From the IMG/VR virus record IMGVR_UViG_2541047779_000001: a stretch of DNA of 36,485 nucleotides; one strand, given 5' to 3'. This DNA comes from a virus. Taxonomy: Duplodnaviria > Heunggongvirae > Uroviricota > Caudoviricetes. The translations under genes were made by a program, and so were the position numbers. The notes under the pieces are model-generated. The model did not search any database. It was not told where the DNA came from and saw nothing but the letters and a program-made list of their open reading frames with translations. Shown here piece after piece: positions 9,330-19,352 of the stretch. Each line of letters starts with the position of its first letter. Positions within the stretch are counted from its first letter, which is position 1.

Positions 9330-11514
9330 TAAAAATATGCTTCTTGGCTATGGTGAAACACTAACTAACCCTGTTAAACTTAACAGAGGTGGAGGTGAAA
9401 AGAATAAACCTTACTCTTATTCAGAAAATAAACCAGTGATATCTGCTCAACTGGAAGAGTTGATTGAGGAAATTAATACCCTTCCATTGTTAGCAATGCC
9501 TGAAGGTAAGGCTGTAGCAAAATTTGTTTTGCATCCGGCATTCTTAGCAAAAAGTTATTTTCCAGTAAGTCTTTTTGAGCGATTTTCCCTAGAAAGCATA
9601 GGCAGTAAGGCTGTAAAAGTAAAACCTAGAAAAGATATTAAAAAAAGAGGGCGAAAAGAGGAATACACTACAGCGTGTATTTATGTTTCTGGCAAAAAAG
9701 AAAGTTTTCAATCATTCTTAGACTCTGTAAATCAAGATACCCTAACGAAAGGGCAGCAAAATGATTTTGTCACCTTAGAAAATATTTCAATACTGGAAGT
9801 TTCAGATAAAGTAAAAACGATTAATAGCAATGAAGTTATGAGTATTGAGGTCGCCTTACATACTCCTGATACAAGTTCCTCTATTGTCGATAGTTTTGAA
9901 GTTTTTGCTTCGCAAAATGGTGCTGTTATAGATAAGGCAAGAAGTATAAAAGTTAAGGGGCTAACCTTTATGCCTATTAAGGCTAGTAAAGATGTAGCTT
10001 TAAAAGTTGCAGAGTTTTCATTTCTCAGGACTTTGAGAGAACTTCCTGAATTAAGGCTAAGTGAGCCTGTTATATCACGTTCTGTGATTCAAACATCTAA
10101 CCTTAGTTTACCATCTGAAGGAGCGGTAAACCCACACATAAAGGTTGCCATATTCGATGGTGGATTGGGGATCGATGATTTCAATCCTTGGGTAACAGAG
10201 TACACTTTCAACGGTAATGCTAGTACTAATGCAAAACTTCTTTCTCATGGACAGGATGTCACCTCTACTGTGTTATTTGGTGTTCTTGGCTCTGAAACGG
10301 AAAAATTAAGTGTTCCTTATTGTAATATTGACCATTATCGTGTACTGGATTCCAATGTTAATAACTCAGATGTCGATCTTTTTGACGTTCTGATCCGTAT
10401 TAAAAGTGTATTAGAACAAAAAAAATATGATTATATCAATCTGAGCTTAGGACCTAGATTACCTGTTGATGACGATGACGTGCATGTGTGGACCTCAACT
10501 CTTGAGGAGATACTTGCATCAGGAGAAACACTTTGTACTGTCGCGGTTGGAAATGATGGTCAGCTGCCTGCCAAGTTAAATCGAATTCAACCACCTGCTG
10601 ATTTAGTTAATGGTCTGTCAGTAGGTGCAGCAACCTCTTTATCTGATAGTTGGGAAAGATGTTCTTACAGTTGTATTGGTCCTGGACGAAGCCCTGGCTT
10701 TGTGAAGCCTGATGGAGTTGCATTTGGAGGACATTCTGATGAGCCATTCCAGGTATACAGCCCTATGGTTAATGGTCTTGCCCGCACTGCGGGGACTAGC
10801 TTTTCTGCTCCATTAGTCCTGAGGCAAGCAATCGCGTTAAGTGCTTCTCTAAATTACAACATTACACCACTTACGGCTAAAGCTCTGCTTATACATCATG
10901 CGGAGAGCAATAATATCAATCGTGCTGAAGTTGGTTGGGGACGATTTCCTCATGATCTTAGTGAAGTAATATTTTGTGATGATGATGAAGTTAAAGTTAT
11001 ATATCAAGGTACTTTAAAACCATCACAACACATGCGAGCACCTGTTCCGTTTCCAGATGTACCTATGCGTGGATGTGTAAATTTAAGAGCGACATTCTGT
11101 TTTTCCAGTCCTGTAGATGCGGAACATCCTTTGAATTATACAAGAAGCGGTCTAGAAGTAACCATGAGAAAAGGTGTTTCAGATAGTTCCGGGTTAACGT
11201 TTCCTCTTTTTAATCTAAAAAATGTTTATGCAGATGAAAATGAGCAACGTGTTGATGCACATAAATGGGAGACTACGTTAAGAAGTGAACACAAATTTAA
11301 ACCGAATGAGCTGACAAACCCATGCTTTGATATTATCTACTATGGTAGAGACTGTGGTATGCCTATTGATGTTGACGAGTTAGAAGAACTACCATATGTT
11401 CTTGTTGTGACTTTATCTGCTGAAGAAATGCCGGATTTATATAACCTAATTAGGCAGAAATATCAAACCTTACAGCCTATCCAAGTTCAACAGCAAATTA
11501 TGTTACGTACTTAA
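9307..11514 (+). CDS. S8 subtilisin-like serine peptidase (IetS-like)
   Basis: Catalytic triad motifs in subtilase order: VAIFDGGLG (Asp), HGQDVTSTV (His), GTSFSAPLV (Ser). About 270 aa N-terminal region of unrecognised function. Start may be the ATG at 9322; overlaps the ATPase stop. Confidence 0.85.
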   Translation: MRMKTMNDKNMLLGYGETLTNPVKLNRGGGEKNKPYSYSENKPVISAQLEELIEEINTLPLLAMPEGKAVAKFVLHPAFLAKSYFPVSLFERFSLESIGSKAVKVKPRKDIKKRGRKEEYTTACIYVSGKKESFQSFLDSVNQDTLTKGQQNDFVTLENISILEVSDKVKTINSNEVMSIEVALHTPDTSSSIVDSFEVFASQNGAVIDKARSIKVKGLTFMPIKASKDVALKVAEFSFLRTLRELPELRLSEPVISRSVIQTSNLSLPSEGAVNPHIKVAIFDGGLGIDDFNPWVTEYTFNGNASTNAKLLSHGQDVTSTVLFGVLGSETEKLSVPYCNIDHYRVLDSNVNNSDVDLFDVLIRIKSVLEQKKYDYINLSLGPRLPVDDDDVHVWTSTLEEILASGETLCTVAVGNDGQLPAKLNRIQPPADLVNGLSVGAATSLSDSWERCSYSCIGPGRSPGFVKPDGVAFGGHSDEPFQVYSPMVNGLARTAGTSFSAPLVLRQAIALSASLNYNITPLTAKALLIHHAESNNINRAEVGWGRFPHDLSEVIFCDDDEVKVIYQGTLKPSQHMRAPVPFPDVPMRGCVNLRATFCFSSPVDAEHPLNYTRSGLEVTMRKGVSDSSGLTFPLFNLKNVYADENEQRVDAHKWETTLRSEHKFKPNELTNPCFDIIYYGRDCGMPIDVDELEELPYVLVVTLSAEEMPDLYNLIRQKYQTLQPIQVQQQIMLRT

Positions 11515-11520
11515 CAATGT

Positions 11521-11543
11521 GGAGGGGTTCCCCCTCCTTTATT
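11521..11543. terminator. Bidirectional hairpin terminator between the cargo island and Q
   Basis: Perfect stem ggagggg-ttc-cccctcc followed by tttatt. Confidence 0.6.
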
Positions 11544-11552
11544 AAGCTTTAT

Positions 11553-12602
11553 CTATGTTGATTGTGGGTCATCGTTTATTAAGTTATATTTTTCAAAATG
11601 GATAATATTAATTCCTAACCATTCATTAAATTCCTGTAATCGTTTTTGTAAAGGCATTAATTCATTTCGAACAAACACTCGACTCGCCTTCTCTACATCT
11701 CCAAATCCTCCAACATTACTTGGCATAATCCCCATCATTTGCGGCGGCACACGGTGTGCCGCCATCATGTCGTCCCGGCTCACGTTCTTGATATTCAGAA
11801 ACTCATCCTTCGCCGCGACTTCTGACAACGGGATGATCTGAAGCCCGTCCTTTTTGCCGTTAGGCGAGTACATAAACAGGTTGCGGAAGTTGCCAGGGCC
11901 TTTGGCGCTTTTCATCGCATTGCGGAGGTTGTTCACATCCTCCTGGTTCTGCGCGGCATCGGTCATGTACATGATGAAGCCTGCATGACTGCCGTTAATA
12001 TAATACTTCCGGCGGAACAGCGTGGCGGACTCGTTGAGCAGGGCTGACGGAATGGCAGAAAGATAACCTGGCAGGCCGTAGATCTCCTGGTTGATGTCAG
12101 GTTCCATCAGATGAAAAATGCTGCCTTTCGTGAACTGATACGGATGGGTTGTCATACCGTATTGCACAAACCAGTAGGTATCCAGGTCTAACCCGCGTCG
12201 GGTGTATTTTGCCAGCGCAGGCTCAAGGGCTATAACTTCACCGAATCGGTTCGTGCGTTTCTCCAGGTAGGCGTTACCAAATACCAGATAGTCCTGCACA
12301 AAACGCGAAAAAGCCTGTTGGCTGAGCAGCGGATGAGGGATATAGGTACTGGTCAGAATGTTGCACTTTACTGCAATCGGGGAACTGTGATGCACGGCAG
12401 CGCGGAAGGTGCGCGCCAGTCCGTCAAAGCTGACGGGTGGCTCATACCAACGGTCCATCTGAACGCATTCCACATAGTCCAGCAGTTCTCGGCGGTCCAG
12501 AACTGGAACGGGATCGCCGAAGCTGAATGCTTCGGCTGTAGTCTGGCTTTTATGCTGAATCTGGGTCGTCGCCGCAGCGCGCTTCTTCTTACTCTTTCCC
12601 AT
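11553..12602 (-). CDS. Q: Portal protein (P2 gpQ)
   Basis: 349-aa protein, first gene of the leftward Q-P operon, overlapping the P stop. Confidence 0.85.
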   Translation of the reverse strand: MGKSKKKRAAATTQIQHKSQTTAEAFSFGDPVPVLDRRELLDYVECVQMDRWYEPPVSFDGLARTFRAAVHHSSPIAVKCNILTSTYIPHPLLSQQAFSRFVQDYLVFGNAYLEKRTNRFGEVIALEPALAKYTRRGLDLDTYWFVQYGMTTHPYQFTKGSIFHLMEPDINQEIYGLPGYLSAIPSALLNESATLFRRKYYINGSHAGFIMYMTDAAQNQEDVNNLRNAMKSAKGPGNFRNLFMYSPNGKKDGLQIIPLSEVAAKDEFLNIKNVSRDDMMAAHRVPPQMMGIMPSNVGGFGDVEKASRVFVRNELMPLQKRLQEFNEWLGINIIHFEKYNLINDDPQST

Positions 12603-14368
12603 TAAAAAATCTCCACAATATTACTGGTATTGGCGGACTCGCCCTGCAGTGGTTCGTTAAACAGTGCGTGCATTGTTGCCCATGCCAGATCCGCATGGCT
12701 GGCTTCTTCGCTGCGGCTGGCTTCATAGGTCGGACGGTTGCCGCTGGCGGTGGTGGCGCGACGGATTGCCATAAATGACTGCGCTATGTCGGTATGTCCG
12801 GCGTCAAACTCCAGACGACGGTGACTGATAATGTCGTAAGCCTTGAGTACCAGGGCGTTTTTAACGTTGGGGTTGTAGACAAACTCCCGGACGGCAGGAA
12901 AGAACGCTTTCACGTTCTCGTAAACCCCGTGACCAACGCCGGTTGAGTCGATACCGATATAAGTCACGTTGTACTGTTCGGTCAGTTTTTTGATGGCGTC
13001 AGCCTGGGCGCGGAAATCCATCCCGCGCCACTGGTGACGCTCAAGAATGCGGAACTTACCACCCGGCACGGCTGGCGGTGCCACCACCACGCATCCGGCG
13101 CTGTCGCCGTTTTGCGTACCTTTTGCCGGGTCATAACCGATCCACACTTCGCGCCAGCCAAACGGGCGCAGCGCCAGTGCATGAAAGTCGGTCCAGACTT
13201 CCCAACTGTCCACCATGCACGCCTGCAGCTCGCTGAGCGGAAACACGGACGCGAGATCGTCCACAAACTCGCACATCAGCAGGTTCTGGTATTCGTCCGG
13301 GCTGTACTCCATGCGTAGCTGGTCGAGGTCGAACAGGTTACAGCCGCCGCGCACCGCATCTTCCACGGTGACTATCTGGCGGTATTGCCCGTCTGCGCAT
13401 AGCAGGCCGGGGGCCAGATTGCTGTGGGACAGGTCGATGTCCACCTTGTCAGCTTTGTTGCGCCCACGGTTGAACAGCGCACCGGACCAGAACGGATAAG
13501 CACTGTGGGTCAGGCTGGATGGTGTGGAAAAATAGGTCTGCCGCCATTTCTTGTGAATAGCCATACCGGAAGCCACTTTGCGTAGCTCCTGAAATTTCGG
13601 TATCCAGAAATATTCATCCAGATACAGGTTGCCGTGATAACTCTGGGCAGTGCGGGCATTGGTGCCGAGGAAGTAAAGCGTGGCCCCGTTAGGAAGCACC
13701 ATCGGATCACCTTTCAGCTCCACCTCGACTTCTTTGGCGAAATCGATGATGTACTGCTTAAAGACGTGAGCCTGTGCCTTACTGGCAGAAAGGAAAATCT
13801 GGTTACGTCCGGTAAGCAGGGCGTCAATCAGGGCCTCACGGGCAAAATAGAAGGTCGCGCCGATCTGGCGTGACTTCAGCAGGTTGCGGATGCGGTTGGT
13901 TTTTCCGGCTTCCCACCAGTGGCGCTGGTAGTTGAACATGGAGGAATGGAAGATTTCTTCCAGCTTCTCAATCTGTTCATCGGTGAAAACGTTCTTTTCC
14001 GGCTGACGGCGCGGGCCTTTGTTGCGGTTGGCGACGTTAGGGTTTAAGTCGGCTTCGTTGCCGCCATTGTTAAACTTGCCGATCCGCGCATGGCGCTCCG
14101 ACTGGCGCGCCAGCAGGTCAATCTCTTTGAAATCTTTCCCTTCTTTGTGCTCCTTCATAATGAGCTGGCAGTAGCGTGCGGCGGTGGTGAGCTGCATCTG
14201 ATCCAGCGGCCCATAGTCACCCCACTTGTCGCGTTTTTTCCAGCTGTGAACGGTTGCAACTTTCTCGCCCAGCATTTCAGCAATGCGGGCTACGCGGTAT
14301 CCCTGAAAGTACAGCAGCATGGCCTGCCGACGGGGATCGAGATCTGCGGGTGTCAGTGTGGTGTTCAT
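12602..14368 (-). CDS. P: Terminase large (ATPase) subunit (P2 gpP)
   Basis: 588-aa protein divergent from O, as in the P2 capsid module. Confidence 0.85.
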   Translation of the reverse strand: MNTTLTPADLDPRRQAMLLYFQGYRVARIAEMLGEKVATVHSWKKRDKWGDYGPLDQMQLTTAARYCQLIMKEHKEGKDFKEIDLLARQSERHARIGKFNNGGNEADLNPNVANRNKGPRRQPEKNVFTDEQIEKLEEIFHSSMFNYQRHWWEAGKTNRIRNLLKSRQIGATFYFAREALIDALLTGRNQIFLSASKAQAHVFKQYIIDFAKEVEVELKGDPMVLPNGATLYFLGTNARTAQSYHGNLYLDEYFWIPKFQELRKVASGMAIHKKWRQTYFSTPSSLTHSAYPFWSGALFNRGRNKADKVDIDLSHSNLAPGLLCADGQYRQIVTVEDAVRGGCNLFDLDQLRMEYSPDEYQNLLMCEFVDDLASVFPLSELQACMVDSWEVWTDFHALALRPFGWREVWIGYDPAKGTQNGDSAGCVVVAPPAVPGGKFRILERHQWRGMDFRAQADAIKKLTEQYNVTYIGIDSTGVGHGVYENVKAFFPAVREFVYNPNVKNALVLKAYDIISHRRLEFDAGHTDIAQSFMAIRRATTASGNRPTYEASRSEEASHADLAWATMHALFNEPLQGESANTSNIVEIF

Positions 14369-14414
14369 GGCACAAACCTACAGCCTTGAATGAAGGCTTT
14401 CCCCGCCTGCGGTT

Positions 14415-14432
14415 TGTGTGGTTGTCGGTACA
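14415..14432. promoter_or_regulatory. Ogr/Delta-type late promoter activator dyad (TGT-N12-ACA) in the P-O divergent region
   Basis: TGTGTGGTTGTCGGTACA between the divergent P and O genes. Confidence 0.45.
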
Positions 14433-14510
14433 AATACCGCGCATTGTTTCACTGCCCCCATCACCGCAACCATAAGGCTCCAGTAAGTTTTTTCTAACGG
14501 AGCACGGCTC

Positions 14511-15344
14511 ATGACAGTGAAAGCAAAGCGTTTTCGCATCGGGGTGGAAGGTGCCACCACCGACGGACGCGAAATCCAGCGTGAATGGCTGGAACAGATG
14601 GCAGCCAGCTACAACCCGGCGGTGTATACCGCGCTGATTAACCTTGAGCACATCAAGTCTTATCTGCCGGACAGCACCTTTAACCGCTACGGCAAGGTGA
14701 CGGCGCTGTTTGCTGAAGAAATCACGGAAGGTCCGCTGGCAGGCAAGATGGCGCTGTATGCCGACGTTGAGCCAACGGAGTCCCTGGTGGAACTGGTGAA
14801 AAAAGGCCAGAAATTATTCACCTCTATGGAAGTCAGCCCGAAGTTCGCTGATACGGGCAAAGCCTACCTGGTCGGCCTGGCTGCCACTGATGACCCTGCC
14901 AGTCTGGGTACGGAAATGCTGACATTCAGCGCCAGTGCAGCCCATAACCCGCTGGCAAACCGCAAGCAGAATCCTGCCAATCTCTTTACCGCTGCAGAGG
15001 AAACGGTGATCGAACTGGAAGAAATCCAGGACGACAAACCGTCCCTGTTTGCCCGCGTCACGGCGCTGTTTACCAAAAAAGAGCAGTCCGATGACGCCCG
15101 GTTCTCTGATGTGCATAAGGCCGTGGAGCTGGTCGCCACTGAGCAGCAGAACCTGAGCGCACGCACCGAAAAATCCCTGTCTGAGCAGGAAGAACGCCTG
15201 TCTGAGCTGGAGACTGCCCTGCAGGCACAGCTGACCGCCTTTAACGAACTGGTGGACAAGCTGAGTCATGAAGACAGCCGCCAGGACTACCGCCAGCGTG
15301 CAACAGGCGGTAACGCCCCCGCTGACACTCTGACCAATTGCTGA
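14511..15344 (+). CDS. O: Capsid scaffolding protein (P2 gpO)
   Basis: N-terminus FRIGVEGATTDGREI and C-terminal ATGG...TNC match my recollection of P2 gpO. Confidence 0.9.
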   Translation: MTVKAKRFRIGVEGATTDGREIQREWLEQMAASYNPAVYTALINLEHIKSYLPDSTFNRYGKVTALFAEEITEGPLAGKMALYADVEPTESLVELVKKGQKLFTSMEVSPKFADTGKAYLVGLAATDDPASLGTEMLTFSASAAHNPLANRKQNPANLFTAAEETVIELEEIQDDKPSLFARVTALFTKKEQSDDARFSDVHKAVELVATEQQNLSARTEKSLSEQEERLSELETALQAQLTAFNELVDKLSHEDSRQDYRQRATGGNAPADTLTNC

Positions 15345-15360
15345 TGGAGCACAAAACCCG

Positions 15361-16419
15361 ATGAAGAAGAATACCCGCTTTGCTTTTAACGCTTACCTGC
15401 AGCAGCTGGCGCGTCTGAACGGTGTGGCAGTTGAAGAACTGTCCAGCAAATTCACTGTGGAGCCGTCTGTGCAGCAGACGCTGGAAGACCAGATCCAGCA
15501 GTCCGCTGCTTTCCTGACGCTGATTAACGTCACGCCAGTGACTGAGCAGTCCGGTCAGCTGCTGGGGCTGGGTGTTGGCAGCACCATTGCCGGAACCACT
15601 GACACCACCGCGAAAGAGCGTGAACCTGTCGATCCGACTCTGATGGTCGATGTGGAATATAAATGCGAGCAGACCAACTTTGACACGGTGCTGACCTACG
15701 CGAAGCTGGACCTGTGGGCGAAGTTTCAGGATTTCCAGGTGCGTATCCGTGACGCCATCGTGAAACGTCAGGCACTGGACCGCATCATGATCGGCTTTAA
15801 CGGCGTGAAGCGTGCGAAAACCTCCAACCGTAGCGAAAACCCGCTGCTTCAGGATGTGAACAAAGGCTGGCTGCAGAAAATCCGTGAGGATGCACCGGAT
15901 CACGTCATGGGCAGCACCACCACGGGCGGTGAAACCACACCGGGCGCGGTGAAAGTCGGTAAAGGGGGCGAATATGCCAACCTGGACGCTGTGGTGATGG
16001 ATGCGGTCAATGAGCTTATCGACGTGGTCTACCAGGACGATGACGATCTGGTGGTGATTTGCGGTCGTGAACTGCTGTCTGACAAGTATTTCCCACTGGT
16101 CAACAAAGAGCAGGAAAACAGTGAAAAACTGGCTGCCGATATGATCATCAGTCAGAGACGCATGGGGGGCCTGCAGGCCGTGCGTGCGCCGTTCTTCCCG
16201 CCGAATGCGCTGCTGATCACCCGTCTGGATAACCTGTCCATCTACTGGCAGGAAGACACCCGCCGCCGTTCAGTTATCGACAACCCGAAACGTGACCGGA
16301 TTGAAAACTTTGAATCCGTTAACGAAGCCTATGTGGTTGAGGACTACCGCTGCGCCGCACTGGTGGAAAACATCCAGATTGGCGACTTCAGCGCCGCCGC
16401 AGCAGAAACCGGAGCGTAA
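15361..16419 (+). CDS. N: Major capsid protein (P2 gpN)
   Basis: 352-aa protein directly after O. Confidence 0.9.
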   Translation: MKKNTRFAFNAYLQQLARLNGVAVEELSSKFTVEPSVQQTLEDQIQQSAAFLTLINVTPVTEQSGQLLGLGVGSTIAGTTDTTAKEREPVDPTLMVDVEYKCEQTNFDTVLTYAKLDLWAKFQDFQVRIRDAIVKRQALDRIMIGFNGVKRAKTSNRSENPLLQDVNKGWLQKIREDAPDHVMGSTTTGGETTPGAVKVGKGGEYANLDAVVMDAVNELIDVVYQDDDDLVVICGRELLSDKYFPLVNKEQENSEKLAADMIISQRRMGGLQAVRAPFFPPNALLITRLDNLSIYWQEDTRRRSVIDNPKRDRIENFESVNEAYVVEDYRCAALVENIQIGDFSAAAAETGA

Positions 16420-16422
16420 TCC

Positions 16423-17073
16423 ATGAGCCTGAGTCCCGCACGGCAGCATCGCCTGCGCGTTCAGGCTGAACAGGCCGCCCGCGAGGGCGGCAGTGTTCGC
16501 CACGCGTCGGGCTATGACCTGATGCTGCTGCAACTGGCGGAAGACCGCCGCCGTCTCAAGGGCGTTCAGTCCACGGTCAAAAAAGCGGAAATCAAGGTGG
16601 AGCTGCTGCCGAAATACGTCGCCTGGGCAGAGGGTGTCCTGGCTGCCGGAGGCGCTCAACAGGATGACGTGCTGATGTACGTGATGCTGTGGCGCATTGA
16701 TGCCGGAGATTATGCCGGGGCGCTGGAGATCGGGCGTCATGCCCTGCGTCATGGCTGGGTGATGCCGCTGGGTAATCGCAATGTGCAGACCGTGCTGGCA
16801 GAGGAAATGGCAGACGCGGCGCAGAGCGCAATGCTTGCCGCCACCGGCTTTGATGCCGATCTGTTGCTGCAGACGCTGGAGCTGACAGACGGTCTGGATA
16901 TGCCGGACCAGTCACGGGCGCGTCTGCATAAAGCGATTGGCGCTGTCCTGAGTGAAAGCAACCCGGCTTCCGCCCTTAATCATCTCAACCATGCGTTACA
17001 GCTCGATCCCCGCTGTGGCGTGAAAAAAGACAAACAGCAGCTGGAGCGCAGACTGCGCAATGACAGCCGCTGA
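16423..17073 (+). CDS. M: Terminase small/endonuclease subunit (P2 gpM)
   Basis: Position and size after N. Confidence 0.8.
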   Translation: MSLSPARQHRLRVQAEQAAREGGSVRHASGYDLMLLQLAEDRRRLKGVQSTVKKAEIKVELLPKYVAWAEGVLAAGGAQQDDVLMYVMLWRIDAGDYAGALEIGRHALRHGWVMPLGNRNVQTVLAEEMADAAQSAMLAATGFDADLLLQTLELTDGLDMPDQSRARLHKAIGAVLSESNPASALNHLNHALQLDPRCGVKKDKQQLERRLRNDSR

Positions 17074-17168
17074 CAGAACGTGCCCCCGCGCACGGGCGGC
17101 ACGGGGTGGCGAAAGGCACTGCCACATCAAAACCCCGTCCACCGCCCTCTATTTCAGGAGAAAGCAGC

Positions 17169-17633
17169 ATGAAGTTTGTTGCGCCAGAACAGGCACCGGA
17201 ACAGGCGGAAATCATCAGGAATACGCCGTTCTGGCCTGATGTGGACCTGTCGGAGTTCCGCAGTGTGATGCGCACTGACGGTACAGTGACGCAGCCGCGT
17301 TTAAAGCAGGTTGCGCTGTCGGCAATTTCGGAGGTCAACGCAGAGCTGTATGAGTTTCGCAGACGCCAGCAGATGCTGGGGTATGCCTCGCTGGCAGAGG
17401 TTCCGGCAGAACAGCTGGACGGGAAAAGTGAGCGCATTCAGCACTATTTCAACGCGGTTTACTGCTGGGCACGCGCCATGCTCAACGAACGTTACCAGGA
17501 CTATGACGCCACGGCATCCGGTGTGAAGCGGGGCGAGGAACTGGCAGAAGCCAGCGGTGATTTGTGGCGTGACGCCCGCTGGGCCATCAGCCGGGTACAG
17601 GATGCGCCGCACTGCACAGTGGAGCTTATCTGA
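17169..17633 (+). CDS. L: Head completion/stabilisation protein (P2 gpL)
   Basis: CAGGAG RBS before ATG at 17169; the ORF-track start at 17106 is a GTG. Confidence 0.8.
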   Translation: MKFVAPEQAPEQAEIIRNTPFWPDVDLSEFRSVMRTDGTVTQPRLKQVALSAISEVNAELYEFRRRQQMLGYASLAEVPAEQLDGKSERIQHYFNAVYCWARAMLNERYQDYDATASGVKRGEELAEASGDLWRDARWAISRVQDAPHCTVELI

Positions 17634-17836
17634 TGAAAGTGCGTGCGCATCAGTATGACACGGTGGACGCGCTTTGCTGGCGTCATTACGGGCGCACGCA
17701 GGGTGTCACGGAGCAGGTACTGAAGGCAAATCCGGGGCTTGCCGAATACGGCCCCTTTTTACCTCACGGGCTGCAGGTGGAGCTGCCGGACATACCGACA
17801 ACCACCACCGTGCAGATCGTCCAGCTATGGGACTGA
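17633..17836 (+). CDS. X: Tail protein X (P2 gpX)
   Basis: 67-aa protein, start overlaps the L stop (ATGA). Confidence 0.75.
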   Translation: MKVRAHQYDTVDALCWRHYGRTQGVTEQVLKANPGLAEYGPFLPHGLQVELPDIPTTTTVQIVQLWD

Positions 17837-17839
17837 ATT

Positions 17840-18055
17840 ATGACGCTTGAGCGAATCAGCGCCTTTATCACGTATTGCATCGCCGTCGTGCTGGCCTGGC
17901 TGGGCGATTTGTCCATCAAGGATGCCTCAACGCTGGGCGGCCTGATGATCGGTGTGCTGATGCTGGCTATCAACTGGTACTACAAACACAAAGCCTACCA
18001 GCTTCTGCGCGACGGGCAGATCTCGCGGGAGGACTATGAATCCATCAATCGTTAA
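17840..18055 (+). CDS. Holin (class II/pinholin-like)
   Basis: 71-aa protein with two hydrophobic segments and a charged C-terminus, directly before the endolysin. Confidence 0.65.
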   Translation: MTLERISAFITYCIAVVLAWLGDLSIKDASTLGGLMIGVLMLAINWYYKHKAYQLLRDGQISREDYESINR

Positions 18056-18548
18056 ACGCTGCCTTGTCGGGGCCGTGCTGGCTATTGCTGCCACGCTGCC
18101 GGGTTTTCAGCAGCTTCACACCTCCGTGGAGGGGCTGAAACTGATTGCCGATTACGAGGGCTGTCGTCTGCAGCCGTATCAGTGCAGCGCGGGTGTCTGG
18201 ACCGACGGCATTGGTAATACATCGGGCGTCATTCCCGGCAAAACAATCACGGAACGACAGGCAGCAGAAGGGCTGATTTCCAACGTGCTGCGTGTGGAGC
18301 GGGCGCTGGAAAGGTGTGTGAAGCAACAGCCGCCGCAAAAGGTGTATGACTCGGTGGTGTCGTTTGCCTTCAACGTGGGAACGGGCAATGCCTGCAGTTC
18401 CACGCTGGTGAAATTGCTCAACCAGCGGCGCTGGGCGGATGCGTGCCGACAGTTGCCGCGCTGGGTTTATGTTAAAGGTGTTTTTAATCAGGGGCTGGAT
18501 AACCGCCGTGCGCGGGAGATGGCCTGGTGTTTACAGGGAGCAAACTGA
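18036..18548 (+). CDS. Endolysin, lysozyme-like with N-terminal signal-anchor (SAR-type)
   Basis: Hydrophobic N-terminus LVGAVLAIAATLPGF, then lysozyme-like region including the G-loop DGIGNTSG. Confidence 0.8.
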   Translation: MNPSIVKRCLVGAVLAIAATLPGFQQLHTSVEGLKLIADYEGCRLQPYQCSAGVWTDGIGNTSGVIPGKTITERQAAEGLISNVLRVERALERCVKQQPPQKVYDSVVSFAFNVGTGNACSSTLVKLLNQRRWADACRQLPRWVYVKGVFNQGLDNRRAREMAWCLQGAN

Positions 18549-18549
18549 A

Positions 18550-18927
18550 ATGAAAAAGAAATTAATCAGCGGGCTGTTTCTGATGTTATGGATGGGGCTG
18601 TTGATCGCAACAATGATGTATCCGCAGGGGGTTTTTCCGGTACTGGCAGCATCCGGCGTTTGGGTAGCCTGTCTGCTGACATGGGCAGTAATTCCGGTAG
18701 CACTGGCTGCGTTAATTAAGAACGGCCCGCTCTGGCAGGAGTTGAGGGCATCTTTGCTGAAGAGCATTACCCGAAAAGAAAACGTATTTATCAGCTGGGT
18801 GATGCGATTGCTGATTATCGTAAGTCTCGCCTGGACGGGGTGGGCCATTACCCTGGTCTTTTATCTGCTGACCGTTATTGCCTTCTGGATCACACGTAAC
18901 CAGATGGCGCAACAGGTAGCCGCATGA
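18550..18927 (+). CDS. LysA-like membrane protein (lysis timing)
   Basis: 125-aa multi-pass hydrophobic protein between endolysin and spanin. Confidence 0.55.
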   Translation: MKKKLISGLFLMLWMGLLIATMMYPQGVFPVLAASGVWVACLLTWAVIPVALAALIKNGPLWQELRASLLKSITRKENVFISWVMRLLIIVSLAWTGWAITLVFYLLTVIAFWITRNQMAQQVAA

Positions 18928-19352
18928 ACCGGTTGCTGCTGGTTGTGCTGGCGTTATTACTGGCGACGCTGGGCTGGCAGACGTGGCGGCTGGCTGATGC
19001 CAGCCAGACCATCAGCACGCAGGCAGACGAGCTGCAGAGCAAAAGCCAGGCGCTGGCAAAGAGCCACAGTCAGCTTATCAGCCTGTCCATTCTGACTGAA
19101 ACCAATAACCGGGAGCAGGCGCGGCTCTATGCCGAAGCAGAACAGACCAGCGCGCTGCTGAGACAACGACAACACCGGATCGAGGAACTGAAACGTGAGA
19201 ACGAGGATTTACGCCGCTGGGCTGATACTCCTTTGCCTGCTGACATTATCCGGCTGCGGGAACGTCCGGCACTCACCGGAGGTGCAGCTTACCGTCAGTG
19301 GTTGTCCGCGAGTGACGCCGTGTCGGCTGGATCAGACAGCGCCGCGCACTAA
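18924..19352 (+). CDS. Inner-membrane spanin (LysB/Rz-like)
   Basis: N-terminal TM segment followed by a coiled-coil-like Q/E/R-rich region. Confidence 0.7.
   Translation: MNRLLLVVLALLLATLGWQTWRLADASQTISTQADELQSKSQALAKSHSQLISLSILTETNNREQARLYAEAEQTSALLRQRQHRIEELKRENEDLRRWADTPLPADIIRLRERPALTGGAAYRQWLSASDAVSAGSDSAAH

Noticed and set aside
12982-13499. Several 94-aa ORFs on both strands inside the terminase gene
   Set aside because: GC-rich frame artefacts within a confidently assigned coding region.
14814-15903. Minus-strand ORFs of 151, 131 and 220 aa antisense to O and N
   Set aside because: Antisense to capsid genes; Arg/Ser/Cys-rich translations typical of wrong-frame GC-rich DNA.
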